From Halorutilales archaeon Cl-col2-1 (lineage in GTDB: Archaea; Halobacteriota; Halobacteria; Halobacteriales; Afararchaeaceae), in NCBI GenBank assembly GCA_041891055.1, contig CP169074.1:992001-1056000 (forward strand): a stretch of DNA of 64,000 nt, read 5' to 3'. The notes below the pieces were generated by a model. That model did no database searches, had not been told where the DNA came from, and saw only the letters and a list, made by a program, of their open reading frames with translations. A program made the translations under genes and the position numbers. Numbering within the stretch: position 1 is the first letter of the stretch; every line of letters begins with the position of its first letter. Positions 60,545 to 64,000 of the stretch are shown piece by piece.

Positions 60545-61828
60545 CTACTCGGCGACCTCCGAGTCGAGTCTCACAGAAGCCTCTATAGCGTCTTGCTTGA
60601 CCTTCTCCTCGTCGAGTGTCAGAACCTTCCGATCCTCCATCACGACTTCGCCGTCGACGACAGTAGCCACGACGTCAGTTCCCTTCGCCGAGTAGACGAG
60701 GTTGGATATGAGGTCGTGGTGTGGCGTGAGATGGGGCGATCCTACGTCGACTACGATCATGTCGGCGGGACGACCTCTTTCTATCACTCCCGCCTCGGTT
60801 CCGAGTGCGTATCCCCCGTTACGTGTCGCCATCTCGATAGCAGTCTCGGCGGGAACCGCGGCGGCGTCCGACTCGGTGACCTTCGAGAGGAGCGCGGCGC
60901 GTCTCGTCTCCTCGAACATGTCGAGGTTGTTGTTCGACGCCGCGCCGTCGGTTCCTATCGCGACGTTGACCCCCTTCGCGTCCATCAGGTCGACAGGAGC
61001 GGCTCCGGAGGCGAGCTTCATGTTCGCCGACGGACAGTGTGCTACGCTGACGTCCCTATCGCTCAGAAGCTCGATCTCCTCGTGGTCGAGATGGACGCCG
61101 TGTGCGACATAGACGTTGTCACCGAGTATCCCGTGGTTATCGAGATGCCACGCCGGACTCACACCCGTATTAGCTACCGAGTTCTCGACCTCGTTCTGTG
61201 TCTCGCTGAGATGTGTGTGGAAGACACAGCCGAGGTCGTCGGCTTTCTCCGAGGCTTCTTCGAGGAACCAGTCGTCACACGAGTAAGGTGCGTGGGGGGC
61301 GAGCATAGCCGAGACTCTGCCGTTCGCGGCGCCGTCGTACTCGCGGACGAACTCGACGCCACCTTCGAGCTCCTCACGTTTCTCGTCCTCAGTCTCCTTG
61401 TTCTCAGTGATCATTCCGTAGCCGAGGGTCGCGCGGAGACCCGCCTCCTCGACCGCCTCGGCAACCCTCTCCATCTCGAAGTACATGTCCCCGAAGGAGG
61501 TCGTCCCCGACTTTATCATCTCGAGCGCGGCGAGACGCGTTCCTGCGTAGATGTCGTCGGGCTGTAGCCTCGCCTCTATGGGCCAGATCTTCTCACGTAG
61601 CCAGGTTTCGAGGGGGAGGTCGTCGGCGTACCCCCTGAAGAGTGTCATAGCGGCGTGTGTGTGGGCGTTGACGAGCCCGGGCATCACGAGGTTGCCGTCG
61701 GCATCGAGTACTCTGTCGGCGTCATCTATGTCGCCTATCTCGACTATCTCGCCGTCACGCACACCGACGTCCTTCTCGGCTATCCTGCCGTCGGTATAGA
61801 CGTATCCGTTACGTACACAGAGATCCAT
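60545..61828 (-). CDS. Amidohydrolase, MTA/SAH deaminase-like
   Basis: PGLVNAHTH, HLSET, GTDGAASNN. Confidence 0.9.
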   Translation of the reverse strand: MDLCVRNGYVYTDGRIAEKDVGVRDGEIVEIGDIDDADRVLDADGNLVMPGLVNAHTHAAMTLFRGYADDLPLETWLREKIWPIEARLQPDDIYAGTRLAALEMIKSGTTSFGDMYFEMERVAEAVEEAGLRATLGYGMITENKETEDEKREELEGGVEFVREYDGAANGRVSAMLAPHAPYSCDDWFLEEASEKADDLGCVFHTHLSETQNEVENSVANTGVSPAWHLDNHGILGDNVYVAHGVHLDHEEIELLSDRDVSVAHCPSANMKLASGAAPVDLMDAKGVNVAIGTDGAASNNNLDMFEETRRAALLSKVTESDAAAVPAETAIEMATRNGGYALGTEAGVIERGRPADMIVVDVGSPHLTPHHDLISNLVYSAKGTDVVATVVDGEVVMEDRKVLTLDEEKVKQDAIEASVRLDSEVAE

Positions 61829-61870
61829 GGCTGGAGTATCAGACACTCATAGTTAAATCTGGGTACTACG

Positions 61871-63631
61871 CTACGGTGTCTCGCCCTCCCAGTCCGCCTC
61901 ATCGAGTGTGCTCTGTACTGCCTCCTCTCCGACTGCGCCTGCTAGCCTCTCGAATCCCGCTCTCTCGGTCCGGTCTGAGGCGTTCGCCACGAGACGTGAG
62001 ACTATGAACTCGGGGGTCGATCTGCCGACCGTCTCGAAACGCGGCTGGTAGTCGACCTCAAGCTGTAGGTCGTCGTCGAGACCCTCGGCGAATATGCCGT
62101 CGACACGGGCTTCTTCGGGCAGAGGTTCGAGGTCGTCGGCAAGATGTGTCACAAAGACACCTATGGCGTCGGTGTCTACGGTGAGACCCACGAGACCGTG
62201 TAGGAGACTCGCCGCACTTCCGGGCTCTGTGATCGCCTCGAACTCGTCGACGAGCATCAGTGTCGTCTCGTCGGTCGTGAGAGGCGGGACGATCGAACGC
62301 AGGGTGGATTCAAGAACCCCGGCGTTGAAGCTCGCATGTCTCCTGTGGAAGACGACCGAGTCGAAGTACGAGACCTCGGCGGACTCCGCGGGTACGGGGA
62401 GTCCCATATGTGCGAGAAGAACCGTCTGACAGACGGTTTCGAGGAGTGTCGTCTTACCTCCACTGTTCGCCCCCGTGAGGACGGCGACTCTGTCGGTCGG
62501 AACCTCCGATCCTGAGGTATCACCTACTCCGTACGTGACAGGCTGGACGTCTACGCCCTCGGCTGAGAGGCTGAGGTTACGTGCGCCGACGACCTCAGCG
62601 ACGTTCTCGTCGTCGGTGAACTCGGGACGTCTGAGATCGTACTCGTCGACGAACCGGGCAAGTGAGACGAGGAAGGCGAGTTGGTCAACAGTATGTACGG
62701 CTTCATCAATCTCGTCACGTGCCTCATCCAGTCTCGTCTCTATGCGCTCGCGAACCTCCTTCTCTCTCTCCTCGACGGCTTCTTCGAGTGTCTTCGAGAG
62801 GTTACGGAGAGTGTTTGTAACGAGGTCGGCGGCATCGACGGCGTCGTTGGGAGCGGCGGAGTAGACGGTATCGAGATCGACCCCAGTCTCCTCGGTAACG
62901 TGGTAGACGAACTCCTCCCTGAAGTCGTCACTCGTTCTTCTCCCGCCGGTATCGAGTCTCGAACGTACTGTCTCTACGAGGTCGAAAGCCGAGTCACGCA
63001 TCGAGTCAACGTCGTCCGCCTGAGCGCGTAGCTCGTCGAGTCTATCGTCGGTTCCCTCCCCGACTTCGTCTCCGTCTAGGTTTCCGAGAACACCGACCGT
63101 GTCGTCGAGAGTCTCGACATCGAGGCGCGAGATCCTCTCGAAGACTCCAGTCTCGTCTATCTCGGCGAGGCGCAGAGCTGTCTCGACAGCCGCTTTCCGG
63201 CTTCCGTCGGAGCCGTACTCGTCGAAGACCTCGGTAACCTCGCGGCGCTCGTCGTCGGAGAGGCTCGACCAGGACTCGGCGGAGTCGAGCACCTCGTCGA
63301 GTCTTTCCTCAGCCTCCGCCCTCGACTCGAAGGGAGTCATGACACGTATCCTGTTCTCGGCGTCCTCGGTGACAGCGTACCGGGTAACCACGTCTATGAT
63401 GTCGGTGTAGACGTCCCTCGTGTCACTCGTCTCTAGGAGGTCGAGAGCCGCAGACTCCGACTCGGTGGCACGTCTGAGTATACGCACGACACGTCCCCTG
63501 CTCACGCCGGCGTCTACGAGTGTCCTGACTTCGGCGTTCTGTATAGCCTCTATTGCTTTATCAGCCCCTATCTCCGACTCAAGCGTCTGTCTCGTCTTGG
63601 GTCCGATTCCCCAGTAGTCTTCGAGATCCAT
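61871..63631 (-). CDS. Haloarchaeal MutS-like ATPase (HhH + domain V)
   Basis: GIGPKT HhH, TGANSGGKTT, LVDEFE, VTH. Confidence 0.9.
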   Translation of the reverse strand: MDLEDYWGIGPKTRQTLESEIGADKAIEAIQNAEVRTLVDAGVSRGRVVRILRRATESESAALDLLETSDTRDVYTDIIDVVTRYAVTEDAENRIRVMTPFESRAEAEERLDEVLDSAESWSSLSDDERREVTEVFDEYGSDGSRKAAVETALRLAEIDETGVFERISRLDVETLDDTVGVLGNLDGDEVGEGTDDRLDELRAQADDVDSMRDSAFDLVETVRSRLDTGGRRTSDDFREEFVYHVTEETGVDLDTVYSAAPNDAVDAADLVTNTLRNLSKTLEEAVEEREKEVRERIETRLDEARDEIDEAVHTVDQLAFLVSLARFVDEYDLRRPEFTDDENVAEVVGARNLSLSAEGVDVQPVTYGVGDTSGSEVPTDRVAVLTGANSGGKTTLLETVCQTVLLAHMGLPVPAESAEVSYFDSVVFHRRHASFNAGVLESTLRSIVPPLTTDETTLMLVDEFEAITEPGSAASLLHGLVGLTVDTDAIGVFVTHLADDLEPLPEEARVDGIFAEGLDDDLQLEVDYQPRFETVGRSTPEFIVSRLVANASDRTERAGFERLAGAVGEEAVQSTLDEADWEGETP

Positions 63632-63688
63632 CCGTGTGTTACCGAGACGGTTCGTCGGGCTTAACCGTTTCGTGGTTCTACTTGGGTT

Positions 63689-64000
63689 ATGTACGAAGCC
63701 GTCGTCTACGACCTCGACGGGACTCTGATCTTGCTTGACGTCGACTGGGGCAGAGTCAGACACGAGATCTCGGAACTGCTTTCGGAGAAGGGAGTCGAGA
63801 CCTCAGCAAGCGTCTGGGAGATGTATGCCACGGCACAAGAAAGAGGGATCGATGAAGTCGAGGAGATCATAAGACGACACGAGGTAGAGGGTGCGAGGTT
63901 CTCGGAGAGACTCGAAACCGCCGACGAGGTCGAGTTCGACGTTCCGACGGGAGTCTGTTCGCTCAACTCGGAACACGCTTGTCGTGTCGGAATCGAGAGA
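63689..64000 (+). CDS. HAD-superfamily hydrolase (partial, runs off window)
   Basis: MYEAVVYDLDGTL motif I. Confidence 0.85.
   Translation, partial: MYEAVVYDLDGTLILLDVDWGRVRHEISELLSEKGVETSASVWEMYATAQERGIDEVEEIIRRHEVEGARFSERLETADEVEFDVPTGVCSLNSEHACRVGIER

Noticed and set aside
60533-61567. 344-aa plus-strand ORF and similar long antisense ORFs (26115, 46368, 51454, 58412, 59481)
   Set aside because: Antisense or off-frame shadows of well-supported genes in GC-rich DNA; no motifs.
1-64000. tRNA/rRNA genes, integrase or virion genes
   Set aside because: None recognised, so the 45-57 kb element cannot be called a provirus and no att site was found.

Overview
Haloarchaeal (Halobacteria) chromosomal window, judged from the acidic proteome, aglM/aglF, eIF-1A, an archaeal pilin and a haloarchaeal MutS-like gene. 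Bases 1-45.2 kb are a mosaic surface-glycosylation island. It holds a divergent STT3/AglB-like transferase lacking WWDYG, UppP, a DUF4330 protein, VanZ, a bacterial-type phosphoglycosyl transferase, aglM/aglF, rmlABCD, fdtA/DegT/GNAT, many GT4s, four sulfatase-like proteins, and Wzx and PglK-like flippases. Toxin-antitoxin (TA) debris and IS remnants are interleaved. Bases 45.3-57.2 kb are a decayed plasmid-like element followed by an array of TA cassettes punctuated by a shared non-coding repeat. Bases 57.4-64 kb are core genes. The most unusual signals are four: (i) at least 12 tiny (41-50 bp) double-hairpin insertion elements with 2-bp target duplications, stacked in tandem inside IS ends and once in frame inside a gene; (ii) an integron-like repeat-delimited TA cassette array; (iii) a candidate second, pyrophosphate-linked glycosylation pathway with a non-sequon OST; (iv) repeated loss of toxins with retention of antitoxins. 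All product calls come from motif recognition by eye, not database searches.
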